Below are positions 1 to 9,449 of a DNA stretch of 64,000 nucleotides, piece by piece. Below the pieces are notes generated by a model. The model was not told the DNA's origin and ran no database searches. It saw nothing but the letters and a program-made list of their open reading frames with translations. Numbering within the stretch: position 1 is the first letter of the stretch; each line of letters begins with the position of its first letter. The stretch comes from an uncultured Candidatus Saccharibacteria bacterium (GTDB taxonomy: Bacteria; Patescibacteriota; Minisyncoccia; UBA6257; 2-01-FULL-56-20): NCBI GenBank assembly GCA_964456235.1, contig CAYWDX010000001.1, forward strand, positions 125,935 to 189,934. Direction: 5' to 3'. The position numbers and the translations under genes are program-made.

Positions 1-199
1 CGTTATTCACCTGCGCCACAGAAACGACGATAATTGATCCGGCGCCGGTTGAGCTGACGGCGCAGTTTACTGTCCCTGATCCTCCCCGAGCGCAGTTTGC
101 AGCTTGCACGACCGAAAGAGCCGCGTTCGCCGTTGGAGCCACGCAGAGGGAGATACTAACGATAAGGGTAAAGAGTACGTACGCGTATCGCTTCATCGA
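1..199 (-). CDS. hypothetical secreted protein (N-terminal part only; gene runs off the window start)
   Basis: Minus-strand ATG at 197-199 gives MKRYAYVLFTLIVSISLCVAPTANA..., a signal-peptide-like N-terminus; open to the window edge. Confidence 0.35.
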
Positions 200-280
200 T
201 GAATGTAGATGAGCGTAATAAAGACGCCCTGTATAAAAATTATATCACAGCGACCAGGCACTTTCTGATATAATAAGGAT

Positions 281-793
281 ATGAAGCGCCGTCATTCTGA
301 TGCTGGTCGCTCGTATATCTGGGTAGCGGTCGTCATTGTCGCGGTCGGTGTCGTTATTTATTATTTCGCACCCAAATTGAGTGGCCCTTCGTCGGGACAG
401 TCCGGGAGTTCATTCAAGCCAATCATGGTACAGGGAACGATTCCGGCTTCAAGTTATGGCGCCGGTGCGGTCGGAACAAAAACGGCGACGAGCGTGACGC
501 TCCAAACGCCGGTTTCTTCTGCGACGCTCGGCACGATCGTCGGCATGGCGAAGATCAGTTCCGGCGCCGGCGTCAACTTCACGACCACGGTCATCGGCCT
601 CACGGACCCAAAAACTAAAAAATTGCTCGGCAGCACGCCGTTCGGCGCCGATGGGTCATATCAATTTTTCGTGGAGCCGGGTGAATATATCCTCTCGATG
701 GTGAGCGGCCCCTTAAAAAGCGGTTCGCTCCCCCAGCGCGTCTACGTTGGCGTTGGCGAAGTTTTGAATATTAACTTTTTCGTTCACCGCTAG
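281..793 (+). CDS. membrane-anchored protein with carboxypeptidase-regulatory-like (CarboxypepD_reg) beta-sandwich domain
   Basis: AAGGAT SD 4 nt before ATG; N-terminal TM helix (IWVAVVIVAVGVVIYYF); C-terminal ...GADGSYQFFVEPGEYILSMVS... pattern typical of CarboxypepD_reg. Confidence 0.55.
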   Translation: MKRRHSDAGRSYIWVAVVIVAVGVVIYYFAPKLSGPSSGQSGSSFKPIMVQGTIPASSYGAGAVGTKTATSVTLQTPVSSATLGTIVGMAKISSGAGVNFTTTVIGLTDPKTKKLLGSTPFGADGSYQFFVEPGEYILSMVSGPLKSGSLPQRVYVGVGEVLNINFFVHR

Positions 794-818
794 TTGGTTC
801 GCTACGCTAGCTTGCTCG

Positions 819-1439
819 CTAAAGGTGGAGCAGTTGAATTTGTCCGGAGCTCGCCGTGTTCACGTTGGTGCCGGCTGCATAATTATTTCCCAATTGCCCG
901 CCCGCTGCATTATTTCCCGAACCGCCCGACCAATCGCTCTGGCCGGCCACATCACTCACGCTGCGCGTGAGGAATAGTTGATAGGTCGTCGAACTGCCGG
1001 TCCCCGATGCGTTCGCGACCACCGTTACCTTGATCGTCGAGGGGTCGAACGTGTTGCCGCTCGCAACCGTCGTCGCGTTGCCGCTTCCGTCGCGATAGAT
1101 GGTGTCGAGATAAAAGAAGCGGGTGTAGGTCGTGCTATTCACCGTCACCGATTGCCCCGTCGAGGTTCCGACCACCACAAACACCGAACTGCTCGGCGTT
1201 AAGTAATAGAGGTTCGCCGAGGTCGTCGCGAGCGTGAGTATGGTATTCCAATTCCCTGGCGCCCACGCCTGCACGTTGCCGAGCAGCTCACTCGCCAGTG
1301 AAGATTTCGCCTGGACCTGGCCCACCTGGTTATTTTGCAAAATGGCGGGCCGGATCAGCGATGCGGCAACCGCAAGAAGCACGGTGCCGATCCCGACGGC
1401 GATGAGAACCTCGATGATCGATTGTCCCTTATGGCGCAT
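819..1439 (-). CDS. type IV pilin-like / pseudopilin (prepilin N-terminal cleavage-methylation domain)
   Basis: N-terminus MRHKGQSIIEVLIAVGIGTVLL = class III signal motif G|QSIIEVLIA with Glu at +5; Thr/Ser-rich body. Confidence 0.7.
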   Translation of the reverse strand: MRHKGQSIIEVLIAVGIGTVLLAVAASLIRPAILQNNQVGQVQAKSSLASELLGNVQAWAPGNWNTILTLATTSANLYYLTPSSSVFVVVGTSTGQSVTVNSTTYTRFFYLDTIYRDGSGNATTVASGNTFDPSTIKVTVVANASGTGSSTTYQLFLTRSVSDVAGQSDWSGGSGNNAAGGQLGNNYAAGTNVNTASSGQIQLLHL

Positions 1440-1444
1440 GGCAA

Positions 1445-2650
1445 TTAGAATTGGCTCGTCAGTTGGTAGATCGGAACGATGATCGAGAGAGCGATCACGG
1501 CAACAATAATGCCCATAGCAATGAGGAGTGCCGGCTCGAGGAGCGAAACCAGCGCCCGAATATTCCCATCAATGTTCGTTTCGTAAAAATCTGAAAGCGT
1601 CACGAGCACTTCGTCGAGATGGCCGGCGCGTTCGGAAATTGCAATGAGGTTCGTGACCGATTTCGGGAACACTTCCTCGCGCCGAAATGATTCGCCAATC
1701 GTGAGCCCCTTTGCGAGTCCGTCGTGGGCAACGCGCTCGAGCGCCGCGGCAAAATCCCGATTCCCCACGGTCTGCGATGCAATCATAATGCTGTCAACGA
1801 TCGGCATACCGGCCTTCATGAGCGAACTCATCGTCGCCGCCATGCGTTGGACCGCGAGGTCGACATAAATCTTTCTGATGACCGGCAATGCGATCAGCAA
1901 TCGGTTCCATAACCGCTTGCCGGTTTCGGTTTTGTTGATGACGAACAGGAAGGCGATGATGACCGCGAAGAAGATGCCATAGAGCCAGAGGATGTTCGAT
2001 CCGATAAAGAGGCCGACACTGAACACGACGCGCGAGAAGAGCGGCGGGGTGATCGCGCTGCCGTTGAAAACGTTCGCGAGCTTGGGCAGCGCAAAGGTGA
2101 CCAGGAAGGTAAGGATCGCGAGCGCCATAACCAAAACAACGATGGGGTAGACGAGGGCCGATTTCACTTTGGCGCGGAGCTCTGCTTCTCGCTGGAGAGA
2201 AACCGAAAGTTCCTCGAATGTTTTCTGCAAATTGCCCGACGCCTCCGCCGCTTTCACGAGGTTTACGAATGTCGGCGAAAATGTTTCAGGATGTTTGGCG
2301 AACGCCGCGTAAAACGGCTGGCCACGCGTGAGGTTATTGTGCACCTCAAGCAAAAAATCGCGCATCGCCGGCTGGTCGAAATCCGCGATCAAAATATTGA
2401 TGGCCGAGAGGAGATCGGTGCCCACCCGCAACATAAGCGCGAGATATTTCGCGAGGAACACCTTATCGCTCACGCTGATGCCGCCCCAAAACTTCACCGA
2501 CTTCAGGCCCTTTTCCTTGATAGGTTTCACCGACAATGGCCTCATATCCTTCGCCGAGAGATAGCGGAGGACTTCATTCAAGGTGCTCGCTTCGAAATCT
2601 TCCTCAACGGAATTTCCGGCGCGATCGACGGCCAAATAGTGAAACAGCAT
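1445..2650 (-). CDS. pilC: type IV pilus assembly platform protein PilC (GspF family)
   Basis: 401 aa, two T2SS_F-type repeats, three TM segments; directly downstream of pilB. Confidence 0.9.
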   Translation of the reverse strand: MLFHYLAVDRAGNSVEEDFEASTLNEVLRYLSAKDMRPLSVKPIKEKGLKSVKFWGGISVSDKVFLAKYLALMLRVGTDLLSAINILIADFDQPAMRDFLLEVHNNLTRGQPFYAAFAKHPETFSPTFVNLVKAAEASGNLQKTFEELSVSLQREAELRAKVKSALVYPIVVLVMALAILTFLVTFALPKLANVFNGSAITPPLFSRVVFSVGLFIGSNILWLYGIFFAVIIAFLFVINKTETGKRLWNRLLIALPVIRKIYVDLAVQRMAATMSSLMKAGMPIVDSIMIASQTVGNRDFAAALERVAHDGLAKGLTIGESFRREEVFPKSVTNLIAISERAGHLDEVLVTLSDFYETNIDGNIRALVSLLEPALLIAMGIIVAVIALSIIVPIYQLTSQF

Positions 2651-2675
2651 GTATCAATAGTATACCACGCGCCGA

Positions 2676-4397
2676 CTACTCCCGAATCACGCGCAGCACT
2701 TCTTCGAGCGTCGTTTGTGCGAGTCCCGCCTTCTCGAGACCGTCTTCGAACATCGTCTTCATGCCTTCTTTCCATGCCGTCGCGCGGAGTTCTTCCAAAC
2801 TGAAACGTTCAGCCATAATTTTTTCTTTGACGGCTTCGGTGATGCGGAAAATTTCGAAAATGCCGAGGCGGCCGCGATAGCCGGTCATGCCGCACGCGGA
2901 ACAACCCTTCCCGCGGAATTGCGTCTTCTGCACTTTGGCGCGCTCTGGCGGAATTTGCAGATCCTTCAACTGTTGCGCGACGGTTTTCATCGTGCTCTCA
3001 TCGACGTCGTACGAATAGATGCACGACTGGCAGATCTGGCGGACCAAGCGCTGTGCGACGACGAGGTTTAAAACCGAGACGACGAGGAACGGCGGCACTT
3101 TGAGATCGAAGAAGCGCGGGATCGAGGTCGGCGCGTCGTTCGTGTGGAGCGATGAAAGCAATAAGTGGCCCGTGAGCGCTGCCTGCACGCTGATTTCGGC
3201 GGTTTCGGCGTCTCGAATTTCGCCGACCATCACGATGTTCGGGTCCTGACGCAAAATCGCGCGCAGGCCCGAAGCGAAGGTGATCCCCGCCTGCGGGTTG
3301 ATTTGCATCTGGTTCACGTAGCGCATGTTGTATTCGATCGGGTCTTCAATCGTCGTCACGTTCACCTGCGGCTTGTTCAGAATATTCATGAGCGCGTAGA
3401 GCGTCGTCGTTTTACCGGAACCGGTTGGGCCGCAGGAAAGCACCATGCCGTAGGATTTTTTCAATTCTTCCGTAATGATCGCCGAATCGGTCTCGTTCAA
3501 ACCAAGTTCCTCGAGCGAAAGCGGTTTCTGCGTCGCTTCCAGCAAACGCATTTCAATTTTTTCACCGTAGAAGGTGGGGATCACCGATACGCGGATGTCG
3601 ATCGGCTGGTTCCCTACTTCGTAGCGGAAGCGCCCGTCCTGCGGCAAAAAGTGCTCGTCAATTTTCAAGCCGGCGAGCAATTTGAGGCGCGCGACGATCG
3701 CGGTGTGGACCGCTTTCGCGACGTCCATGATCTCGTACAAAATACCGTCGATGCGGTAGCGGATGAACATGGAATCTTCCAGGACTTCAATGTGGATGTC
3801 CGACGCGCGCGAAGCGAGGGCATACGAAAGGATGTTGTCCACGATGCCGACGATCGGCAACTCGCTCGCCGCCTCCTCCGGCGTCTTCGCGCGCGTCGCG
3901 AGGGACGCTTTGATGTTATCCTCGATCAGTTTTTTGAAATCCTGGCCCAATTCGTATCCGTAAATTGAGAAGCCGCGGTTCAAATCTTCCTGCGTCGCGA
4001 GCATGGGATGGATCTTCCCGTGCAAGCGCTCAGTGAGGAACGAAACCGTTTCCAAATCCGACGGGTCCACCATCGCCGCATCAAACGAGCCATCGGCCTC
4101 GCGCGCGAACACCACCACCTGGCGCTGGCGGGCGATGTCTTCCGGAAGGATCTTCACGACCGACGAATCAATTTTTTGCTTATCGAAATCTACCTGGGGC
4201 ACGCCAAGTTCGCGCGCGATCAGGCTTTGGATATAGTCCGCCGCCATGAAGCCGCCCGAAATAAGCACGTCGATAATGCTCTGATTTTTTCGCTCGGCGT
4301 CGACCGCAAGCTCGTCAAATTTTTCCGGAGAAAGAAGCCCTTCGGATGTCGCTAATTTTTTTATTTCAGAAACAGGCAGCGGGAGCCGCATACTCAT
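2676..4397 (-). CDS. pilB: type IV pilus assembly ATPase PilB (GspE family)
   Basis: Walker A GPTGSGKTTT, N-terminal GSPII_E_N-like domain, C-terminal tetracysteine CQSC...CSAC zinc motif. Confidence 0.92.
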   Translation of the reverse strand: MSMRLPLPVSEIKKLATSEGLLSPEKFDELAVDAERKNQSIIDVLISGGFMAADYIQSLIARELGVPQVDFDKQKIDSSVVKILPEDIARQRQVVVFAREADGSFDAAMVDPSDLETVSFLTERLHGKIHPMLATQEDLNRGFSIYGYELGQDFKKLIEDNIKASLATRAKTPEEAASELPIVGIVDNILSYALASRASDIHIEVLEDSMFIRYRIDGILYEIMDVAKAVHTAIVARLKLLAGLKIDEHFLPQDGRFRYEVGNQPIDIRVSVIPTFYGEKIEMRLLEATQKPLSLEELGLNETDSAIITEELKKSYGMVLSCGPTGSGKTTTLYALMNILNKPQVNVTTIEDPIEYNMRYVNQMQINPQAGITFASGLRAILRQDPNIVMVGEIRDAETAEISVQAALTGHLLLSSLHTNDAPTSIPRFFDLKVPPFLVVSVLNLVVAQRLVRQICQSCIYSYDVDESTMKTVAQQLKDLQIPPERAKVQKTQFRGKGCSACGMTGYRGRLGIFEIFRITEAVKEKIMAERFSLEELRATAWKEGMKTMFEDGLEKAGLAQTTLEEVLRVIRE

Positions 4398-4402
4398 ATG
4401 AT

Positions 4403-4438
4403 AACAAAAAGTAACATCCCGGCCTACGCCGGGATGTT
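4403..4438 (-). terminator. rho-independent terminator downstream of major pilin gene
   Basis: 11-bp perfect stem AACATCCCGGC-CTAC-GCCGGGATGTT at 4413-4438 followed on the minus strand by ACTTTTTGTTAT. Confidence 0.6.
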
Positions 4439-4459
4439 ACCGAAACTATGAGGTGACGG

Positions 4460-5095
4460 TTAGAGCGTTAAACTCGTACCCTGCTCGTACATGAAATTGC
4501 TGCTGCCGCCGTCTGCGTTGTTCACGTCAGCCGTACCGGTGCTGTATTTCAAGCTCTCCATCTCCATACCAATCTTGTAGTTCGTGCCGCTCATGATGTA
4601 GGTGTAGAACATACCACAGCTTGAGAGGGCCGTCGTACCGCACGATGCGCTGCCCGGCGAGTTGATCGGATCAACCGGAAGTTGGCCGATCGGTGCGCCT
4701 GAGCTGATGGCGCCGAAGTTCACCGGAATCCATCCAGATCCCGTAATCACGCGCGAGCTCGAGTTGTTCAGCGACGTCGCCGTCGTGAGCCACTGCGCGC
4801 ACGAGGTGGTGGCTGCGTAGACGCCCGACTGGTTCGGGACATAGAAAGCTGTACCCGTCGCCATACTCGCATAGCAGATCGCCGCCGTTCCAAGGGAAGG
4901 CGAACTCACATCGGCGAGATAAAGCGCGAGGGCGCTCTTCAACGTTGCCGCATCCGAGACGCGGTTGGAATCCCGGGCCTGACGCAGAAGTTCGGCTGGG
5001 TTCAAGCTCAAAATGACCACGGTCGCGAGGACGGCAATGATAGCGATCACGATCAACAGTTCAATGAGCGTGAATGCCTTACGATTCTTTTTCAT
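4460..5095 (-). CDS. pilA: type IV major pilin (PilA-like)
   Basis: MKKNRKAFTLIELLIVIAIIAVLATVV: canonical prepilin motif G/A|FTLIELLIV with E+5; 211 aa. Confidence 0.8.
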   Translation of the reverse strand: MKKNRKAFTLIELLIVIAIIAVLATVVILSLNPAELLRQARDSNRVSDAATLKSALALYLADVSSPSLGTAAICYASMATGTAFYVPNQSGVYAATTSCAQWLTTATSLNNSSSRVITGSGWIPVNFGAISSGAPIGQLPVDPINSPGSASCGTTALSSCGMFYTYIMSGTNYKIGMEMESLKYSTGTADVNNADGGSSNFMYEQGTSLTL

Positions 5096-5161
5096 TATTG
5101 TCTTTGTTCTGGTGCAAAACCCGACCTTTATATATAGAACGATTATATCATGACGCGTTTT

Positions 5162-5881
5162 TTAGGCCTGAATATTCATTGTGGATAACTCTTTTGGCGG
5201 ATCTGCTTCGAATTTCAATCGCCGCCCGTCGCGCGCGGTAAATTCAAGCGAAAGCGCATGAAGCGCGAGGCGCGATGCCGCATGAGATTTTCCGTACAGT
5301 CGATCCCCGATGACCGGGTGGCCGATGCTTGCGAGATGAACGCGGATTTGGTGGGTCCGTCCCGTCTTTGGAACCACTTCAAGTAAAGAATTTTCGCCAA
5401 TCTTTTTCACCACGCGATATTCGGTGACGGCCTCCTTCATCATTTTGTTTGAATGGATGCTGCGTTTCAACGTTCCGCTCCGAATTCCGATCGGCGCATC
5501 AATCACGCCGTGATGTTGTTTGGGCATACCCACAACCAACGCGAGATATTTCTTTTTGATCTCATGTTTTTGGAAAAGCGATTTGAAATATTCGAATGAG
5601 TCCTGGGTGCGCGCGACGAGCATCACACCCGAAGTGTCCTTGTCGAGCCGGTGCACAATCCCCGGCCGCAGCTCCGGGTCATCGCCCACTTTTTTCAGTT
5701 CCGGGTAACGTTTGACGAGCCAATCGACGAGCGTATCGTGCTTGCTGCTCGTACTGGGCGCGCCGGGATGTCCCGTGGCGTGCCGGGCGGCGTGCACCTG
5801 CCAGCCGGAGGGCTTATTGATGACAAGAAAATCCTTTTCTTCGTGGATGACCTCGGGGCCCACTAGAACGCCGGGTGCCAT
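5162..5881 (-). CDS. RluA-family 23S rRNA/tRNA pseudouridine synthase
   Basis: Catalytic motif HRLDKDTSGVMLVAR; 239 aa. Confidence 0.85.
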   Translation of the reverse strand: MAPGVLVGPEVIHEEKDFLVINKPSGWQVHAARHATGHPGAPSTSSKHDTLVDWLVKRYPELKKVGDDPELRPGIVHRLDKDTSGVMLVARTQDSFEYFKSLFQKHEIKKKYLALVVGMPKQHHGVIDAPIGIRSGTLKRSIHSNKMMKEAVTEYRVVKKIGENSLLEVVPKTGRTHQIRVHLASIGHPVIGDRLYGKSHAASRLALHALSLEFTARDGRRLKFEADPPKELSTMNIQA

Positions 5882-5989
5882 TGCGTGATCGAAAGGTCGC
5901 GGATAAAGAGCGCGAGACAGAATATAACCACGGCAACCACAACGAGCGTGACGAAGTATCGTTTCATCGGTTTATTTATCCTAGCATAT

Positions 5990-8944
5990 TCATTTTTTAC
6001 AGAGCTGGTTTAATTTTTTTCGCGTGAGCGTGCCGAAGATACCGGTTCCCGCGGTCAATTGCTGCGGAGTGAGAATGTCGGCGGCGAAAATTTCCTGGAA
6101 TGCGCCCACGGCGCGCGCCCTGGCGGGGCCAAAATATTCGGTTTCGTGCCCAGGCGACCCTGGCCCATCCGCCGCTACCTGCGTAAGAGAACTTTTGTTG
6201 AGTGTTTGTTGCAATAATTGCACGCTATTCCCCGTCGCGCCTTCCTGTAAATTTTTTCTGAATGCGGCGGCGCAGTTACTGCCGAGCTGAAGCGCTATCA
6301 ATTTTTGTTTGAGTGCGATGAGTTGCGATTTGAGATCTGGTGTTGGCGTTGCCGATCCCCGCGCCGCGGTCGTCGTACTCACGCCGAGCACTTTTCCATT
6401 TTCCTGGAGCGGCGGTGATTGATTGTTCTGATTGTGCGCGGGAGGATCTTGGGCGACCGAACTGCCACCGCTCGATCCACCGCTCGATGGAGCATTCACG
6501 GGCGGCGTTGATGTCGGCGACGAGGGCGTTGATGTTGGCGACGGTGGTGCCGGCGACACATTGCCGACCGGTTGAATCACGTCATCCATCGCACCGTCGC
6601 CATCATTATCCATCTTCAAAGCCAAGTCGCTCTGCGGATTTACAAAATGGAGCTGCGCCGTGGTGCTGGCGCTCGCGAGCGAGATCAACGGATACGTGAC
6701 CGTACTGCTTACCATGGCGCCGTCATATTCTTTTATCTGCATGCGGAATATTCCTGCGTCTGATGCGCGGCCCACGATGGTATAAAATTCCCCAGCCGGC
6801 AATGCTGGCACCAAGGCGAAAAGATTACTGCCGAAAACATCGTATTCAGCTCCTGGAATCGTAGCCATAAGGATTCCCGATGTCGCCATGCTAAGCTCGC
6901 GACCTTGGGAGTCGTAAATATCAAGCGTGACCGGGCCGTTGACGCTGACCTCGAAGTTTCGAGGGCGCAGACCCATGCAATCGGGAGGGTTCATGGAAAT
7001 TCCCCGAGGCAGCGTGGTCGTCCCCGTGCCCGCAAGAATGTCTTTAATAAATTCTAGCGGGATGGCGTCAGTTGCGAGCCCCATATGATCGGTCCCCGTT
7101 TGGTCGCCAAGGATGAAATACGTATTCGAACTATTTGCCAAATTCAGAGCGCTCAACTCCGGGATGGTGCCGTCACCAATATCGCGCCTTACTTCAACGA
7201 CACCGCCGTCATACAAATCAAACCCCACGATGGTCGGGCGGTTGCAGCCGATGATGTTGTATATACTCGAAACATGTATCGGCATCGCGTCCACGGCATC
7301 ATGAAAATTGTCGGCGAGATGCGAGAGCGGCGCATTCGGCCCCATCGAATGACCGTGGTCTAATATTTCATCTTTCCCATTTCTCAAATCATGAATGTAG
7401 TCGCCGGCGATAGTCGCGTAGCGAGCGCTCGGCAGCATTTCATAAATTGCCGGCATATTTTCGACAATCATTTTCGCTTCGCGCGGATTCAAGCCGAGAC
7501 CAAGCCAATTCATGCCAAGATCGTCGCCGTAGTTTAGCATTTGGTATGCGCGGGGCGTGCCCAGTTGCGGAACGCCGAGCAGGATAGCTTTGTCGATGTC
7601 CGTATGCGACGCAAGATATTCTTCGAGAAGCAGCCCGCCCATGCTGTGCGCGATCACGTTAACTTTTCCCGTCGGGGAAATCCTCACGGCGCGCGCAATC
7701 ACCGACGCAAGCGAATCCGTCGAACTCTCGATCGAGATGCGCCAGTCATAGGGCGCGGCGAAAAGATCGCGGCCTTCTGTATAGCCGTTTTGGACAAGCA
7801 TATCAATCAAATTTTGATACAACTTTTTCTCGAACGTGACGCCGAGAAAGCTCGTCGTAACGTTGCGCAGGATGTCGGTTGGGGAAAGTTGCCGATCGGC
7901 AAATGGCGTGCCGTCGGCATCGAGGGCTAAGAAATCTAAATAGCCATCATTTGATGAAGTGATCATCTGCGATGCACTCGGCCACGCTTCCCCGCCATCG
8001 GCGCGAACAAGACGCGAACCCATGATGCCGGGAATGATGACGACCGGCTCCCGAATCGCTTCTGGCAGCGTTGCGGTTGGTATATTGAAATCGATATTGC
8101 CTGGGCTCCGAAATTCAATCCAGGGCGAAGTGAACCCGCCGGTACGATCAACCGCTCGCGCGGCCCAATGATATGCCCCTGGCGCGAGGCCGGCCACCGT
8201 TCCCGACGCGACTTCACCGATGCCGACTGAATGAGTCGTGATCGTAGTGCTCCCCGATAATGGAACTGCGATCGGTTCGACTTCGATCTGCAAGGCGGCG
8301 GTGTCGGACGCGAAAAACATCTGCATGGTTGCGCCGAATGATACGGCACTCCCCGATGCCACGCCGTTCTCCGGAATCGTGGTCGTCGTGCCGAAAAAAT
8401 ATTGCGCGAGGTTTGTGAAGCCCACCGGGGATCCGACGCCGTCAGAATCACCGAAAACTAAATACGGATAAAATGCACCATCACTCCCCCGCGTGCCATA
8501 GACTTGCGCATCAAATGAACCGGAAGAAGAAAACTGAACGCTCACGCCGGTATCGCCCGCCCCGCCGTAATTAATATTCACGTCGTCGAACGTGTAGACC
8601 GCTTTTTGCCCAAGCTTCCCGGCCGCTTCCGCCGATGTTACGCAGTGTATATAAACCTGGTTTCCTCCGCGAAAGATGTTTACGAGCACGCCGGTATTGG
8701 GCGCGACCGGACAAAACGCGCTCACCCCTCGCTGCGAGTCATTTAAAATATTCATCTCCACTTGCAGATGGCTTACATGGCCCAGCGCATCGGCATATGC
8801 TGCGCCGAGCGGGCTCATGACAACGCTTGACGTTGCATCATCAAAATACTGGGCGTACAAATTCGCTGCATCCGCGTGATGCGTCCACAATAAAAACCAG
8901 GCGCCGGCCGCCACGCTGGCGACCGCAAAAAATTTCTTTTGCAT
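5990..8944 (-). CDS. secreted LCAT-like alpha/beta-hydrolase (lipase/acyltransferase) with C-terminal peptidoglycan-binding (PG_binding_1-like) domain
   Basis: Signal peptide MQKKFFAVASVAAGAWFLLWTHHADA; PGIMGSRL...AAPYDWR...NVIAHSMGGLL (GxSxG nucleophile elbow plus YDWR, LCAT/PDAT-like); Pro/Ser/Thr linker PSPTSTPSSPTSTPP; C-terminal ...NSVQLLQQTLN...DGPGSPGHETEYFGPARARAVGAFQ...TAGTGIFGTLT... PG-binding repeat pattern. Confidence 0.7.
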   Translation of the reverse strand: MQKKFFAVASVAAGAWFLLWTHHADAANLYAQYFDDATSSVVMSPLGAAYADALGHVSHLQVEMNILNDSQRGVSAFCPVAPNTGVLVNIFRGGNQVYIHCVTSAEAAGKLGQKAVYTFDDVNINYGGAGDTGVSVQFSSSGSFDAQVYGTRGSDGAFYPYLVFGDSDGVGSPVGFTNLAQYFFGTTTTIPENGVASGSAVSFGATMQMFFASDTAALQIEVEPIAVPLSGSTTITTHSVGIGEVASGTVAGLAPGAYHWAARAVDRTGGFTSPWIEFRSPGNIDFNIPTATLPEAIREPVVIIPGIMGSRLVRADGGEAWPSASQMITSSNDGYLDFLALDADGTPFADRQLSPTDILRNVTTSFLGVTFEKKLYQNLIDMLVQNGYTEGRDLFAAPYDWRISIESSTDSLASVIARAVRISPTGKVNVIAHSMGGLLLEEYLASHTDIDKAILLGVPQLGTPRAYQMLNYGDDLGMNWLGLGLNPREAKMIVENMPAIYEMLPSARYATIAGDYIHDLRNGKDEILDHGHSMGPNAPLSHLADNFHDAVDAMPIHVSSIYNIIGCNRPTIVGFDLYDGGVVEVRRDIGDGTIPELSALNLANSSNTYFILGDQTGTDHMGLATDAIPLEFIKDILAGTGTTTLPRGISMNPPDCMGLRPRNFEVSVNGPVTLDIYDSQGRELSMATSGILMATIPGAEYDVFGSNLFALVPALPAGEFYTIVGRASDAGIFRMQIKEYDGAMVSSTVTYPLISLASASTTAQLHFVNPQSDLALKMDNDGDGAMDDVIQPVGNVSPAPPSPTSTPSSPTSTPPVNAPSSGGSSGGSSVAQDPPAHNQNNQSPPLQENGKVLGVSTTTAARGSATPTPDLKSQLIALKQKLIALQLGSNCAAAFRKNLQEGATGNSVQLLQQTLNKSSLTQVAADGPGSPGHETEYFGPARARAVGAFQEIFAADILTPQQLTAGTGIFGTLTRKKLNQLCKK

Positions 8945-9003
8945 GGCCGGGATTCTACCACAACCGCCATTAAAAACTGATTAAAATTTCGAGCCCCTTG
9001 GGG

Positions 9004-9075
9004 TGCGCGTGGTAGGGATCGAACCTACGCTCTCTCGATTATCAGTCGAGTGCTTTACCACTAAGCTACACGCGC
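9004..9075 (-). tRNA. tRNA-Ile (anticodon GAU)
   Basis: Sense GCGCGTGTAGCTTAGTGGTAAAGCACTCGACTGATAATCGAGAGAGCGTAGGTTCGATCCCTACCACGCGCA; 7-bp acceptor, GGTTCGATCC T-loop, anticodon loop CTGATAA; no encoded CCA. Confidence 0.85.
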
Positions 9076-9096
9076 GTCACGATCGTGCGATCGCGG

Positions 9097-9168
9097 TGCG
9101 TCCTGGAGGGATCGGACCTCCGGCCTCTACAGTGTCATTGTAGCGCTCTACCACTGAGCTAAGGACGC
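9097..9168 (-). tRNA. tRNA-Val (anticodon GAC)
   Basis: Sense GCGTCCTTAGCTCAGTGGTAGAGCGCTACAATGACACTGTAGAGGCCGGAGGTCCGATCCCTCCAGGACGCA; cloverleaf fits; no encoded CCA. Confidence 0.85.
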
Positions 9169-9210
9169 GGAATATTCATGCGAACAACCGTATGATACGC
9201 CGTACAGCCT

Positions 9211-9429
9211 TTATTTGACAAGCCCGCGGAGGTCGAGCGACTGGGCGCCCTTCAGATTGAAGTTCGCATTTTGCCCATCGGCGTTGCTCGGATTCGCTAT
9301 CCGATCGATCGCTCCGAACATATTACCGATCCCCCAGCTCGATAGGGCGATCAAAAAACCGAGCAGCACGAGCGCGAGCGTCGTGAGGATAATTTCAGGA
9401 TATTTGCGGAAAAAATTTTTTAATGACAT
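9211..9429 (-). CDS. small hypothetical membrane protein (72 aa)
   Basis: Single TM helix ILTTLALVLLGFLIALSSW; no recognisable domain. Confidence 0.4.
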   Translation of the reverse strand: MSLKNFFRKYPEIILTTLALVLLGFLIALSSWGIGNMFGAIDRIANPSNADGQNANFNLKGAQSLDLRGLVK

Positions 9430-9449
9430 GGGGGTGATTCGGCTTTGGT

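Noticed and set aside
3165-3968. 267-aa ORF on the + strand inside pilB (and similar long ORFs 11727..12458, 12534..13430, 14094..14981, 14830..15612, 19609..20772, 28866..29917, 35747..36202, 38560..39471, 44660..45592, 57913..58863)
   Set aside because: Each lies entirely antisense to, or overlapping, a well-supported conserved gene. They are Arg/His/Pro-rich with no motifs and no stops, the expected artefact of high-GC coding DNA. Not reported as genes.
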